IMG/VR virus record: IMGVR_UViG_3300045988_066710
Direction: 5' to 3' (one strand)
DNA: 64,000 bases
Source: a virus
Shown: positions 8,184 to 18,215 of the stretch, piece by piece
Layout of the letters: each line of letters starts with the position of its first letter
Numbering within the stretch: position 1 is the stretch's first letter
The notes under the pieces: model-generated
The model's input: the letters and a program-made list of their open reading frames with translations, nothing else
What the model was told of the DNA's origin: nothing
Databases searched by the model: none
Translations under genes and position numbers: made by a program

Positions 8184-9393
8184 AGAAGAAGCTGCTAATA
8201 ATGCTTTAAATAAAGTATTATTAGTAAAATCTACTATCTTATATTTGGGTACAGGTTATGGTAAGTCAAAACTCGCTATTGACTGTATTAATAAGATAGC
8301 AGATTTTAATTTTAAACAAAATGAAGAAGAAACTACTGTTAGTATTATTGTTCCCAGACAACCATTAATAAATAATTGGAAAGAAGAAATAAAGAAATGG
8401 GGATGTAATACTGATAAAATAGAGATTCTTTGTTATAATAGTATTCATAAACTTAATAAATATTGTAATTGTATAGTATTTGATGAAGCTCATCATTTAA
8501 GTGAACTTAAAAGGGAAATTCTTGATGATATTTTTAAGGTTAATCCTAATGTTAAATTACTATTTTTAAGTGCTACAATTCCTCGTGATATTATGGATTA
8601 TATGAAATCTTTGGGTACTTATAATATAGTTAAAGGTAACATTGCTGATGGTATTAAAGATGAAGTATTACCTACACCTATAATTTATACTATTCCTTTA
8701 TATTTAGATAATATTAAAAGTGTAGCAGAGATAATAAAGAATCCTAGATGTAGTAATCCTGTTACTTGTAATTATGATGAAAGATGGAATTTTATTAAAA
8801 GATTTACTACAAGAAAGATAATTATCAAATGTACCCAAAAGCAATATTATAATGAGTTAAGTGATAAAATAGACTGGTATAAAAGAAAATTTATGTTTAA
8901 TAAAACTGTAGTCTTTAAGAATAAATGGCTTAGAGCAGCTTCAGAAAGATTAAAATGGCTTTCAGAACAGAAGGTAGATATATGTCAGTCTATTATCTCT
9001 ATCTTACAGGACCAGAGAGTACTCTTATTCTGCAATAATATTGAGCAGTCTTTAAAGTTTAAGAATTATGCTCCTATTAATAGTAAGAATAAGAACTCTT
9101 TACAGAATCTTGATGATTTCAATAATAGTAAGATTAATCATATATCTAGTGTTAATATGCTTTCAGAAGGTATGAATTTAACTAATTGTAGAGTAGGATT
9201 ATTCTGTAATTTAAATGCCTCAGAAATTCTTTCACAACAGAAATTTGGAAGGTTATTAAGACATCCTAAACCAATAGTTATTATACCTTATTTTAAAGAT
9301 ACTAGAGATGAGGAATTAAAAGATAAAATGCTCAAGGATTATGATAGTTCTATGATAAAAGAAATTACTGATATTAAAGATATTAAGCTATGA
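8176..9393 (+). CDS. SF2 (DEAH-box / SNF2-like) helicase
   Basis: Walker A GTGYGKSK, Walker B/motif II FDEAHH, motif III LSATIP and motif VI QQKFGRLLRH. Confidence 0.85.
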   Translation: MTREEAANNALNKVLLVKSTILYLGTGYGKSKLAIDCINKIADFNFKQNEEETTVSIIVPRQPLINNWKEEIKKWGCNTDKIEILCYNSIHKLNKYCNCIVFDEAHHLSELKREILDDIFKVNPNVKLLFLSATIPRDIMDYMKSLGTYNIVKGNIADGIKDEVLPTPIIYTIPLYLDNIKSVAEIIKNPRCSNPVTCNYDERWNFIKRFTTRKIIIKCTQKQYYNELSDKIDWYKRKFMFNKTVVFKNKWLRAASERLKWLSEQKVDICQSIISILQDQRVLLFCNNIEQSLKFKNYAPINSKNKNSLQNLDDFNNSKINHISSVNMLSEGMNLTNCRVGLFCNLNASEILSQQKFGRLLRHPKPIVIIPYFKDTRDEELKDKMLKDYDSSMIKEITDIKDIKL

Positions 9394-9995
9394 AATTTGT
9401 TATAGATGATACAGTATGTGAGAAATATAATCTTACTGCTCAGCAAGTATTTATATTACTTGCTTTACAATGCCAAAATGATAAACTGTATGAAGATTTA
9501 ATTGAGAAGGGGTTAATTACTAAATGTAATTGTTCTCTTTTTGAATTAAATAAGAAATATAGTGTTATTAATAAAGGTATTAACCTCTGTAATTCTGTAT
9601 TACTTGATAGTAGTAAAGATACTAAGAAAACAATTAATATTGTTAATCTTAGATGTCAGAATTTAGCAATAAAACTAAGGGATATATACCCTAAAGGTAA
9701 AATGCCTGGAACTAGTTATTATTATAAAGGTAATATAGAAGATATTAGAAAAAAGTTACAGAGTTTCTTCTTAAGATATCCAAATTATACAGATGAGCAA
9801 ATAATTACAGCTACTCAGAAGTATATTAATTCTATGAATGGTGATTATACTTATCTTAAATTATTAAAGTATTTTATTTGGAAATCTGAGGTAAAAGATG
9901 GAGAACAGGTAGTAACTTCAATTCTTTCTGATTATATAGAGAATGAAGGTCAGGAAGATAATATTAATAATGATTGGACATCAGAGTTAAAATGA
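9390..9995 (+). CDS. hypothetical protein
   Basis: ATG ORF of 201 aa, coupled to the helicase gene. No motif recognised. Confidence 0.55.
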   Translation: MKFVIDDTVCEKYNLTAQQVFILLALQCQNDKLYEDLIEKGLITKCNCSLFELNKKYSVINKGINLCNSVLLDSSKDTKKTINIVNLRCQNLAIKLRDIYPKGKMPGTSYYYKGNIEDIRKKLQSFFLRYPNYTDEQIITATQKYINSMNGDYTYLKLLKYFIWKSEVKDGEQVVTSILSDYIENEGQEDNINNDWTSELK

Positions 9996-10089
9996 AAGAA
10001 GAATTTACAACATATGAGTATTTTAAGGAAGATACTCCTATTAATATTAAGAAATAAATTATTGTTTAATTAATTAAATATAAAGTAAA

Positions 10090-10443
10090 ATGAATAACAA
10101 CATTGAAACATTTAAGCTACAGCATGTAGCTCTTGAGTTTAAGGTAAATGAAGTAAAGCAGACTGTAACTGCTATTGAGAAGTTTATTGTACCTAAGTTT
10201 AAGCTTAGATTTACAACAGTAGGTGTATCTAAGCTTAATACAGAGAAGGGTGATACCTTTGATGTAGAAACTGGTAAGAAACTTGCTAGAGCTAAAGCTG
10301 AAAAGGAAGCTTTCTCTAGATTCAAGGCAGAGTTGAAGAAGTTCCTTAAGTGGAATATGGCTCTTAATGATAAACTTAATGCTACCATTGAGAAGATGAA
10401 CAATTATATTGACCATCAGAAGGAGTATATTAAGACATTCTAA
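10090..10443 (+). CDS. hypothetical protein
   Basis: ATG ORF of 117 aa. Two antisense ORFs in the track are low-complexity artefacts. Confidence 0.55.
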   Translation: MNNNIETFKLQHVALEFKVNEVKQTVTAIEKFIVPKFKLRFTTVGVSKLNTEKGDTFDVETGKKLARAKAEKEAFSRFKAELKKFLKWNMALNDKLNATIEKMNNYIDHQKEYIKTF

Positions 10444-11624
10444 TGAGTTTAAGAGAGAGAGTATATGATAATCTAGTTAAAAGAAGAAACAGAATACTTG
10501 AAGGTAAAATTAATTGTATTCCTTCTTCTTTTACTAGATTTAAAGATGACTTTATTGGTATAGAACAAAGTACATATTATTGTATATCGTCCTTTACTAA
10601 AGGTGGAAAGTCTCAATTTACTTCATATACTTTTATCTATAAACCACTACTTTATTGCTATTACCATAAAGAAGTAGGAGCAAATCTTAAAGTCTTATAT
10701 TTTCCTTTAGAAGAAACACCTGAAAGAATTCTTCAAAGGTTTGAATGTTGGCTTCTATACGAGTATAGTAATCATACAATAAGAGTATCTCCTAGAGATT
10801 TAAGAAGTACTACTACTGCTATTTCACAGGAAGTATTAGATTTATTACAATCTGATGAAGTTCAGGATATTATTAAGTATTTTGAAGAACATGTTATATT
10901 TCCTGAAGAAAAGCCTAATCCTACTGGTATTCTTAATTATTGTAAAAGTTATGCTAGACAACATGGTACTGAATATACTAAAAAGGGTAAATATAAAGAT
11001 GAATGGGGACAAATAAAAGAAACAGAAGTATTTGACCATTATGAACAGGATGACCCTAATGAATATAGGTTAATTGTTATTGATACTATGAATCTTATAG
11101 ATACTGAAAGAGGTATGACTCTTAAACAATCTATGGATAAATTGTCAGAATATTTAGCTAAATATTTAAGAAATAGATATAAGTTTTCTCCTGTAGTAAT
11201 TCAGCAACAAGCTTTTGAATCTGAAGGTAATGATGCTTTTAAATTAAATAGATTAAGACCTAGTGCTCAGGGTTTAGGTGATAGTAAGTATATATCAAGA
11301 GACTGCAATGTACTATTAGGATTATTTTCTCCATTTAGATTTAGTTTAGATACATATTTAGATTATAATATAAAGAAATTTAAGGATAATATTAGATTTC
11401 TTGAAGTATGTATAAATCGAGATGGTGAAATGGGAGGTATTGCTCCTTTATTCTTTGATGGTGCAGTATGTGCTTTTGATGAATTACCATTACCTAATAA
11501 TAAAGTAGAATTAGAAAAGGTATATAAGTATTTAGATAAGATAAGAAATAAACAAACAGTTAATACTACTATAAGTATGTTTGTTTGTGGTATAATAAAA
11601 AGAGTTAAAGATTTGCTAGAGTAA
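10443..11624 (+). CDS. DnaB-like replicative DNA helicase (RecA-fold domain)
   Basis: Walker A SFTKGGKSQFT and Walker B LIVIDTMNLI. VVIQQQ...RPSAQGLGDSKYISRDCNVLLGLFSP resembles the DnaB H3/H4 motifs (SQL..R...dLreSg.ieqDAD.v..l.R). Confidence 0.8.
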   Translation: MSLRERVYDNLVKRRNRILEGKINCIPSSFTRFKDDFIGIEQSTYYCISSFTKGGKSQFTSYTFIYKPLLYCYYHKEVGANLKVLYFPLEETPERILQRFECWLLYEYSNHTIRVSPRDLRSTTTAISQEVLDLLQSDEVQDIIKYFEEHVIFPEEKPNPTGILNYCKSYARQHGTEYTKKGKYKDEWGQIKETEVFDHYEQDDPNEYRLIVIDTMNLIDTERGMTLKQSMDKLSEYLAKYLRNRYKFSPVVIQQQAFESEGNDAFKLNRLRPSAQGLGDSKYISRDCNVLLGLFSPFRFSLDTYLDYNIKKFKDNIRFLEVCINRDGEMGGIAPLFFDGAVCAFDELPLPNNKVELEKVYKYLDKIRNKQTVNTTISMFVCGIIKRVKDLLE

Positions 11625-11643
11625 AATAAATATATTACTTTTG
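11612..11643 (+). promoter_or_regulatory. Bacteroidota-type sigma-A promoter (TTTG -33 / TAnnTTTG -7)
   Basis: TTTG at 11612-11615, a 20-nt spacer, then TACTTTTG at 11636-11643, about 27 nt upstream of the ATG at 11671. Confidence 0.5.
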
Positions 11644-11670
11644 CAATTCATTTAAAGAGTAGAAATTAAA

Positions 11671-12405
11671 ATGGCAAAGATTTTAGTACTTGCAAAAAGT
11701 GGATTTGGAAAAACTACTAGTTATTGTGGTAGAAAGAAGTTAGGTATTAAAGGTTTAAATCCTAAAGAAACTTTTGTAATACAATGTATTGGTAGAGCTG
11801 TTCCTAATCCAGAATTTAAGTTATGTCCATCTACTAATGTGATGGATATGGTTAAAGGAAATAGAATGCAGATTGATAGTCTTAATGGACTTGAAAGATT
11901 TAAGAAAGTAGCAGAAGTTATTGATACTTTTAAGAATCCTAATTGCCCTTATAAGAATATTGTAATTGATGATTTTAATTATCTTGCACAAGATTTTTAT
12001 ATGGCAAATGCAATGAAGGGAGGATGGGATACACCAAAACAAATAGGCTATGGAATGGGTCTTATCTTTGATTCATTTAAAGGATGCCCTGAAAATAAGA
12101 ATATTATCTGTTGTGCCCATTATGAAGAGTATAAAGATAAAAATGGTGATTCTATTTCCTATAAGTTTAAGACTACAGGTAAGATGGTGGATGATTATAT
12201 CACACCTGAAGGGAAGTTTGACATTATTCTCTTTGGTAAAGTAGGTTATGATGCAGAAAATAAGAAACCTATCAAGCATTTTGTTAAAGAGTTTGATGGA
12301 GAATATCCTGCTAAGGATAGCTTAGGAGTACTTGATGACTTACCTGATGAAATTCCTAATGATTTATCTATTGTAATGGATAAAATTAAAGAGGTGTATG
12401 GATAG
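11671..12405 (+). CDS. P-loop ATPase (Sak4-like / RecA-like AAA family)
   Basis: Walker A LAKSGFGKTTS near the N-terminus and Walker B-like NIVIDDFNYL. Its position next to the helicase and primase genes is typical of phage replication and recombination ATPases. Confidence 0.7.
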   Translation: MAKILVLAKSGFGKTTSYCGRKKLGIKGLNPKETFVIQCIGRAVPNPEFKLCPSTNVMDMVKGNRMQIDSLNGLERFKKVAEVIDTFKNPNCPYKNIVIDDFNYLAQDFYMANAMKGGWDTPKQIGYGMGLIFDSFKGCPENKNIICCAHYEEYKDKNGDSISYKFKTTGKMVDDYITPEGKFDIILFGKVGYDAENKKPIKHFVKEFDGEYPAKDSLGVLDDLPDEIPNDLSIVMDKIKEVYG

Positions 12406-12697
12406 AAATAAAATAGTTAGTATTGCTACTTCTATATTAATATCTGGACATATTGCTTTACAAGATATTATCTTATTATTAGATAGTTATTGTATTGAAA
12501 AAGGTAAAGAAAGAAAATATATAGATATATTTGTTAAAACTATAATTTCCTTTCCTTATGAAATGTATAGTGAATATGTAAAGATAGCTCTTGAATATTA
12601 TATGTGTAAGTATGCAATACATACATTAACTAAACAAGAAAGCCTTAATTCTATATTTAATAGAAACACAAAAGAAAACATATTATTAATATATTAA
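12398..12697 (+). CDS. hypothetical protein
   Basis: ATG ORF of 99 aa overlapping the upstream stop. Confidence 0.45.
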   Translation: MDRNKIVSIATSILISGHIALQDIILLLDSYCIEKGKERKYIDIFVKTIISFPYEMYSEYVKIALEYYMCKYAIHTLTKQESLNSIFNRNTKENILLIY

Positions 12698-12711
12698 AAA
12701 TAAAAGTAAAA

Positions 12712-13170
12712 ATGAAAGATTTAACAAAGTTGACATCACGTCAGATTTCTCAGATTAAGAACATTTATAAGGCTAATTCTAGTATTTATAGTAGAATTGA
12801 GACTTTGGAAAAGCACCTTAATAAAATTCAGGCAGAGCTTGATGAACAGTTAGCTATTATTGAGGCTAATGAAGCAGGTGTTAAGATGCTTACTGGTGGT
12901 TTTATTTCAAAGCAACTTATTAAGGATGAGCAGATTCCTCAGTTTAATGAGGATGGTACACCTAAGATGGATAAGGAAGGTAAGTATCAGCAGAAGAAGA
13001 GAGTCCTTACCTTTGTTGTTCCTGTACAGGAGCCAACAGAAGAAGTAGAACCAGATGGAACTACTACAAATATTGATACTACAGGTACTGATGAAAATGC
13101 TTTGAAATCTGAGGAAGAAGTATTCCCAGATAATCTTGGAAATGCAGATAATAATGATAATATTGATTAA
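12712..13170 (+). CDS. hypothetical protein with coiled-coil N-terminus and acidic C-terminus
   Basis: 152-aa ORF with a heptad-like LEKHLNKIQAELDEQLAIIEANE and an acidic tail ending DNLGNADNNDNID. Confidence 0.5.
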   Translation: MKDLTKLTSRQISQIKNIYKANSSIYSRIETLEKHLNKIQAELDEQLAIIEANEAGVKMLTGGFISKQLIKDEQIPQFNEDGTPKMDKEGKYQQKKRVLTFVVPVQEPTEEVEPDGTTTNIDTTGTDENALKSEEEVFPDNLGNADNNDNID

Positions 13171-13198
13171 TTATTAACAATTAAATAAAATAAAAGAA

Positions 13199-14131
13199 AT
13201 GAATACAACAATTAGTTTGATGGCATTTGGTAAAATTCAGGAGTCTACAGAAGCTACTGAATATAAGAAGTATATTGGTATTGCAGGCTGTAAAATAGTA
13301 GCCTTTAATCCTTCTAAGGAAGAACTTAGTAATCTCTATGGTAGAGATATTACTAAGGACCCTGAGTATTATGGGGTTATGAAGGATAATGATGGGAAGG
13401 AAATTCAGATGGCTTATCCTACATTTATCTTGAAGTCTGACCCAGAAACTAATAATGGTATTGAGGAGTTCTTCCAGGCTAGATTCTCTATTCAGAATAA
13501 TATCTTTACTAATAAGGAAAATACTAAGTGTCAAGTAATTGATTCTTATGGTAGAACTGCTTGGGCTACACAGGATGATGTTAAGAATAAAGCTATTCCT
13601 ACATATACTGATAAAGAGACAGGTGAAGTTAAACCTTTTAGTATTAGTAATAATTATAGACCAGCTTTTAGGGGTGAAGAAGCTCTTACTATGTTCTTGC
13701 AGAACTATTTGAATATTCCTTCTTGTCAGAAGTATGTTAATGGTTCTTGGGTTATGATTGATAATCCACAGGATGCAGAATGTAGACTTGACCATATTAC
13801 AGATTATTTCAAGGGTAATATGTCTGAACTTAAAGATTGTATTACTTTGCAGCCTAATAATAAAGTTAAGGTTGCTATTGGTGTAAGAACTACTGATGAC
13901 GGTAAGCAATATTCTAGTGTTTATACTCACTTTACTATGAAGAATAGTAGTAATTCTACATCTAAGCTTGAAGCAGATATCCAGAATAGAAAGAATAATG
14001 GTGGTCTTGCTACTACAGAATTTGACTTTAAATCTCTTCATGAGTATACTGTATCAGAGACTAATTTTAGTGCTGAAAATAAGGAACTTCCTTTTGCAGC
14101 ACCAACAAATAACCCTTGGGCAAACGCTTAA
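13199..14131 (+). CDS. hypothetical protein (possible ssDNA-binding protein, by position only)
   Basis: ATG ORF of 310 aa with complex composition, located between the ATPase and primase genes where phages commonly encode an SSB. I recognised no diagnostic motif. Confidence 0.6.
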   Translation: MNTTISLMAFGKIQESTEATEYKKYIGIAGCKIVAFNPSKEELSNLYGRDITKDPEYYGVMKDNDGKEIQMAYPTFILKSDPETNNGIEEFFQARFSIQNNIFTNKENTKCQVIDSYGRTAWATQDDVKNKAIPTYTDKETGEVKPFSISNNYRPAFRGEEALTMFLQNYLNIPSCQKYVNGSWVMIDNPQDAECRLDHITDYFKGNMSELKDCITLQPNNKVKVAIGVRTTDDGKQYSSVYTHFTMKNSSNSTSKLEADIQNRKNNGGLATTEFDFKSLHEYTVSETNFSAENKELPFAAPTNNPWANA

Positions 14132-14143
14132 TATACTAATAAT

Positions 14144-15166
14144 ATGATTAGCAATGGATATACTTCAATAACTTTAAAAGATATATTAAACAAAGTAGAT
14201 GAGGGTCAAATACTTAATTTCTACTTTGGTATTACACAAGTTCCTTTTAGAATGAATAGCCCTTTAAGGAATGATTCTAAACCTTCATTTGGATTATATT
14301 CAAGTGATGGTATACATATACATTATAAAGACTTTGCAACAGGAGAACAAGGGTCTTTATTTGATTTACTTATGCAAATCTACAATATTAGTTTTATAGA
14401 ACTAGTAGATAAGATAAGTAAAGATATGAATATTAATACTAAGCAGATTAATATCTCTAAATCTCAAATTAAACATAACTCAGCTACAATAAGTAGTAGT
14501 CAAATCAGACTAGAGGTTAAAACTAGAGAATGGAGAAATTATGATGTTGAGTATTGGGAATCTTATGGATGTAATATAAATCTATTAAAGTATGTTGAAG
14601 TATATCCTATTAGTCATAAAATTATATATAAAGATAATAAAAGATATACCTTTGCTTGTGATAAACTAGCATATTGTTATATTGAAAGAAAAGAAGGGAA
14701 TATCACCAAGAAAATTTATCAACCCTATAATAAAAATGGTTACAAATGGACATCTTCCAATGACAAGAGTGTTATTGGTTTGTGGTCTAAAATTCCAGAG
14801 ACAGGAGATACATTGCTTATATGTTCATCATTGAAAGATAGTATCTGTCTATGGTCTAATGTTAATATACCCTGTATATATGTTCAATCAGAAAATACAG
14901 AGTTAAGTGATTCTGCAATTAATTGTTTACAAAAAAGATATAATCATATTTATATAGCATTTGATGGAGATTCAGCAGGTGAAATAGATGCCTATAATCT
15001 TAGATTAAAAACAGGTTTTGAGATAATTCATTGTCCTTTAATTGATAAGGCAAAAGATTATTCAGATATATATCATTATTTTGGTAAAAAAAGACTTATT
15101 GAAGAATTTAATAATGCTTTTAATAAGACTAAAGCACCAGATATGGATGATGATTTACCTTTTTGA
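14144..15166 (+). CDS. DnaG-like DNA primase (degenerate zinc-finger region plus Toprim)
   Basis: SPLRNDSKPSFGLYSSDG...YKDFATGEQGSLFDLL resembles the CHC2 zinc-finger region of DnaG with the cysteines lost. For the Toprim domain, I identified the DxD-type motif IAFDGDSAGE, preceded by LLICSSLKDSICLW; I did not identify the N-terminal Toprim acidic residue (normally a conserved Glu). Confidence 0.75.
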   Translation: MISNGYTSITLKDILNKVDEGQILNFYFGITQVPFRMNSPLRNDSKPSFGLYSSDGIHIHYKDFATGEQGSLFDLLMQIYNISFIELVDKISKDMNINTKQINISKSQIKHNSATISSSQIRLEVKTREWRNYDVEYWESYGCNINLLKYVEVYPISHKIIYKDNKRYTFACDKLAYCYIERKEGNITKKIYQPYNKNGYKWTSSNDKSVIGLWSKIPETGDTLLICSSLKDSICLWSNVNIPCIYVQSENTELSDSAINCLQKRYNHIYIAFDGDSAGEIDAYNLRLKTGFEIIHCPLIDKAKDYSDIYHYFGKKRLIEEFNNAFNKTKAPDMDDDLPF

Positions 15167-15212
15167 AATAACACAAATAATTAAAGTTTAATATATTAAA
15201 ATTTAAAGAAAA

Positions 15213-15926
15213 ATGGAAAAAAGAAAGATTACAGTGATTCCTACAAAGACTCACAAGACACAAGTTATTGAAAGTGCAGCAACAACATTGGCAGAACTCA
15301 AAGCAGACCTTACTAAGGCAGGTATTAATTATACTGATTGTACATTCTTTGAGGGTCTTACTAAGATTGAATTGAAGAATGATGCTGCTATTCTTCCACA
15401 TGATGTTCCTTATAAGGGAACTACTACTAATAACTTAGTATTTATGATTACTAATGCTTCAAAGAAGATTAGAAGTGGAGCAAAGCTTGATAGAAAGGCT
15501 ATCATTGAGGAGATTAAGAGTAAGAATCTTACAGAAGTAGTTAAGAAGACTTATGGTAAGAATTATACTAACTGTAAGACAGAAGATTTGCAGAAGATTC
15601 TTAACAAAGAAGCAGCTTCTACAACAGCAGATGCTTCAGCTCCTACAGCTAAAGCAGCTCCTGCAAAGAAGGAAGCTCCTAGTAAGCCTGTAATGAAGGC
15701 TGATGACCCTAGTAACTATGTTACTAAAGCAGAACTTAAGAAAGTTATTGAAAGTCTTTTGGAAGAAATGGAGAATGCAGGTATGGATTATTCTGATGAT
15801 ATTGATATTGATAATATTGCTATTATTGGTAATGTCACTTCAGATACTTCAAATGCTTCAAAGGAAGAGGAATCAGATTCTCCATATTCATCAAATGAAC
15901 TTGATGATATGTTTAAAGATATGTAA
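15213..15926 (+). CDS. hypothetical protein with possible N-terminal beta-grasp (Ubl-like) domain, HeH-like segment, Ala/Pro-rich linker and acidic tail
   Basis: The N-terminal roughly 88 aa (KITVIPTKTHKTQVIESAATTLAELKADLTKAGI...NLVFMITNASKKIRSG) has a strand-strand-helix-strand pattern and ends in R-S-G. The tail ...SNELDDMFKDM resembles the acidic/aromatic tails of replisome-interacting proteins. The fold is not verified. Confidence 0.6.
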   Translation: MEKRKITVIPTKTHKTQVIESAATTLAELKADLTKAGINYTDCTFFEGLTKIELKNDAAILPHDVPYKGTTTNNLVFMITNASKKIRSGAKLDRKAIIEEIKSKNLTEVVKKTYGKNYTNCKTEDLQKILNKEAASTTADASAPTAKAAPAKKEAPSKPVMKADDPSNYVTKAELKKVIESLLEEMENAGMDYSDDIDIDNIAIIGNVTSDTSNASKEEESDSPYSSNELDDMFKDM

Positions 15927-15943
15927 TTTATAAAAAATCTAAT

Positions 15944-15986
15944 AGGGAGTAAGTATAGTAATATATTTGCTCCCTTCTTTTTTATT
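15944..15986 (+). terminator. putative rho-independent terminator
   Basis: Stem AGGGAGTA (15944-15951) / TGCTCCCT (15968-15975) has one G-U pair and a 16-nt loop, followed by the T-rich tract TCTTTTTTATT. The long loop lowers confidence. Confidence 0.45.
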
Positions 15987-15990
15987 ACTT

Positions 15991-17106
15991 ATGGATATAA
16001 AAGAACAAATAAGAAATAAGTATTATACTCCTACAGAAGAAGCTCTTAAAGTATATGAAATATTTAAAAGTTTCTTTGGTGAAACTAAAGTAGACTTTCA
16101 AGTAGATAAAGATTTTAAAGATGCTGTAGAAACTTTAATAGCAGAAGATGAAAACTTGGAAGATACTTTAAACCTTCCTTTACTTCCATTATGTGAATTT
16201 TCATATATTATATTAGTTCATTTTCCAAATGTAACTATTACTAATGAAAAAGATAATAATGTAGATATTCATGATTTATATGTTAAAGTACCACTTGATT
16301 ATACAGGAAAACAAGCTAAAAGATTTGAAATGATTGTTACTACTTTCACTAAAGTTTTATATGAAAGTCATTATACACATTCCCATTTACCTTCAGGTTC
16401 TTTAAGTCATGGTAAAGCTTATTTTAATAGACCTTGTTTAGGAGAAGGTCCTATTGGAGACACTTGTAATATTCTTGGAGATGAAAATAATGAAAATATA
16501 TGGAAATTATTCTGTGTGGAATTAGCTAGATATGTTACAGTAGAATCTATAGCAGGAGTTCCTTATTACAGAATGGAAAATATTGGTAGAAATAATAGTA
16601 ATAAAGAAATAATTCTTTCAGATACTTGTTATACAGTCTCTTCAGAAATTTCATTTATTATAAAAGAAGCCATACGTAATCTTATAAATAGAAAAGTATT
16701 TACTTTTAAATATGTAAATAATACTTATAGCTTTGCTGCTAATGATGCTTCTTTAATTAGATTAATAAGCAATGAGTTTATAACAATTTATAATAAAAGA
16801 TTTAATAATAAAGAACTTTCTACAAATTTAAATGAATTAATAAGAGCTAAAATTCTTATAAAAGCAGTTTTTTATAAAGGATGTTTTACTGAAGAAGATA
16901 GTAATAGACACAGTTCTTGTAGTCCTAGTACTGATGTCTTATTTACATTTAAGAATATACCTGTTAAAATGAAGATTATAGATACTGATACTACTATTGA
17001 ACCTGTATATATTCTTAATGTAAAATATATTAATGTGGCAATACGAAATATATTAGAATTTATAAATTACAATTATGGACAAGAATATATTAAAGAAACA
17101 AGATAA
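15991..17106 (+). CDS. hypothetical protein, possible E2/UBC-like component
   Basis: The track ORF begins at TTG 15967 and the first ATG is at 15991 (MDIKEQ). A beta-rich stretch (YIILVHFPNVTITNEKDNNVDIHDLYVKVPL) is followed by HYTHSHLPSGSLSHGKAYFNRPCLGEGP, that is, a His followed by a Cys in a C-L-G context. It overlaps the JAB gene by 32 nt. The E2 assignment is an inference only. Confidence 0.55.
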   Translation: MDIKEQIRNKYYTPTEEALKVYEIFKSFFGETKVDFQVDKDFKDAVETLIAEDENLEDTLNLPLLPLCEFSYIILVHFPNVTITNEKDNNVDIHDLYVKVPLDYTGKQAKRFEMIVTTFTKVLYESHYTHSHLPSGSLSHGKAYFNRPCLGEGPIGDTCNILGDENNENIWKLFCVELARYVTVESIAGVPYYRMENIGRNNSNKEIILSDTCYTVSSEISFIIKEAIRNLINRKVFTFKYVNNTYSFAANDASLIRLISNEFITIYNKRFNNKELSTNLNELIRAKILIKAVFYKGCFTEEDSNRHSSCSPSTDVLFTFKNIPVKMKIIDTDTTIEPVYILNVKYINVAIRNILEFINYNYGQEYIKETR

Positions 17107-18211
17107 TACATATAAGTTAATTATTACTCCAGAACTAGAAGAAAAGATTAGATTCTTGTGTGCTAGATTTCCTAATAATGAATATAGTGGAGTATTATTC
17201 TATGATTATACTGGTAGATTTGAAGATAATTCTTTAGTATTAACTGCTAAAGATTTCTGTCTTATGGATTATGGTTCTGCTACTTATACTGAGTTTGATA
17301 AGAGTGCAGAAATCTGTAATTATATGATAGAACATGATTTATTAGAATGTCAGCAAGGTTTAATGCATTCACATGACCAGATGTCAACGTTTTTCAGTGG
17401 AACTGACCTTGGAACTCTTCAAGAAGAAGGTTCTGATATGAATAATTTCTTATCTTTAATTGTAAATAATGCTGGTCAATATACTGCGGCAATTACAAGA
17501 AAAGTTAAACATATTCCTCATGTAACAGAAGTACTTGAATATGAGTTCTTTGGTGAAGAAACTATTAATATAGGTAATGATGAATATGATGCTATAGAAT
17601 CTTATGAAATAGAATATTTCTTCTTGAATATTGAAAAGCCTACTGTAAATATTGGTTATACAGACCTATTTAATAGAATTGAAGAAATTAGTAAGGATAA
17701 GACTAAAATTACAAATATTAGTAGAGAACCTCGTGCTAATCTTATTGTTGACTCTACTTTAAAGGCAACACCTTTATATAAGGAAACAAATATACCTTTC
17801 TCTAAGGCTAATACTGCTGTTCAAGCAGGAGTAGATACAGATGAATCTATTGATTATAATAAGTATAAATTTAATGAAACAGACTTAAATAATATTGTTA
17901 AACAATTACTTATAGGTAGTCCTATATTTACTCCAAAAGACCTCAATGAATGGGTTCAAAAAATGCCTACAGTATTTTCTAAGAGATTTGGAGAAGGACA
18001 AAAAGGTTTAGCGAATTATAGAGCTTTTATTGGTTATTTTGTAGAATTTCTTGTAACAGAAGCCTTTGATGATAATTTAGCAGAAGAAGGTTATCTTGAA
18101 GATTCACAAATGGCTATATGTGCTTATGGTGTATTACAGAAATTACATACATTTAAAACTAATTCCTTTATTGAAGTTATAGAGGATGAAATAGAACGTT
18201 TTATTATTTAA
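17075..18211 (+). CDS. JAB/MPN (JAMM) metallopeptidase-domain protein with a roughly 230-aa C-terminal extension
   Basis: Upstream Glu in NNEYSGVLFY (E-x-x-G) and an exact JAMM signature HSHDQMSTFFSGTD (H-x-H-x7-S-x2-D). Confidence 0.8.
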   Translation: MDKNILKKQDNTYKLIITPELEEKIRFLCARFPNNEYSGVLFYDYTGRFEDNSLVLTAKDFCLMDYGSATYTEFDKSAEICNYMIEHDLLECQQGLMHSHDQMSTFFSGTDLGTLQEEGSDMNNFLSLIVNNAGQYTAAITRKVKHIPHVTEVLEYEFFGEETINIGNDEYDAIESYEIEYFFLNIEKPTVNIGYTDLFNRIEEISKDKTKITNISREPRANLIVDSTLKATPLYKETNIPFSKANTAVQAGVDTDESIDYNKYKFNETDLNNIVKQLLIGSPIFTPKDLNEWVQKMPTVFSKRFGEGQKGLANYRAFIGYFVEFLVTEAFDDNLAEEGYLEDSQMAICAYGVLQKLHTFKTNSFIEVIEDEIERFII

Positions 18212-18215
18212 AATT

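Noticed and set aside
12050-12244. Alternative-frame same-strand ORFs nested in longer genes (12050-12244, 12860-13048, 15703-15933, 26067-26282)
   Set aside because: Each is fully embedded in a longer ORF that has recognisable motifs or better composition. Their own translations are Leu/Ile/Met/Trp-rich nonsense, typical of off-frame reading.
13181-14041. 286-aa ORF on the - strand, antisense to 13199..14131
   Set aside because: Its composition is extremely Ile/Leu/Asn/Ser/Phe-rich and low-complexity, as expected for the antisense frame of AT-rich coding DNA. It is wholly contained in a + strand ORF with normal, complex composition that fits the unidirectional gene array. The same reasoning applies to other antisense track ORFs, including 709-900, 1366-1707, 10074-10403, 10117-10416, 20504-20785, 23160-23459, 30135-30461, 31598-31954, 33333-33590, 44345-44608, 45443-45946 and 49763-49987.
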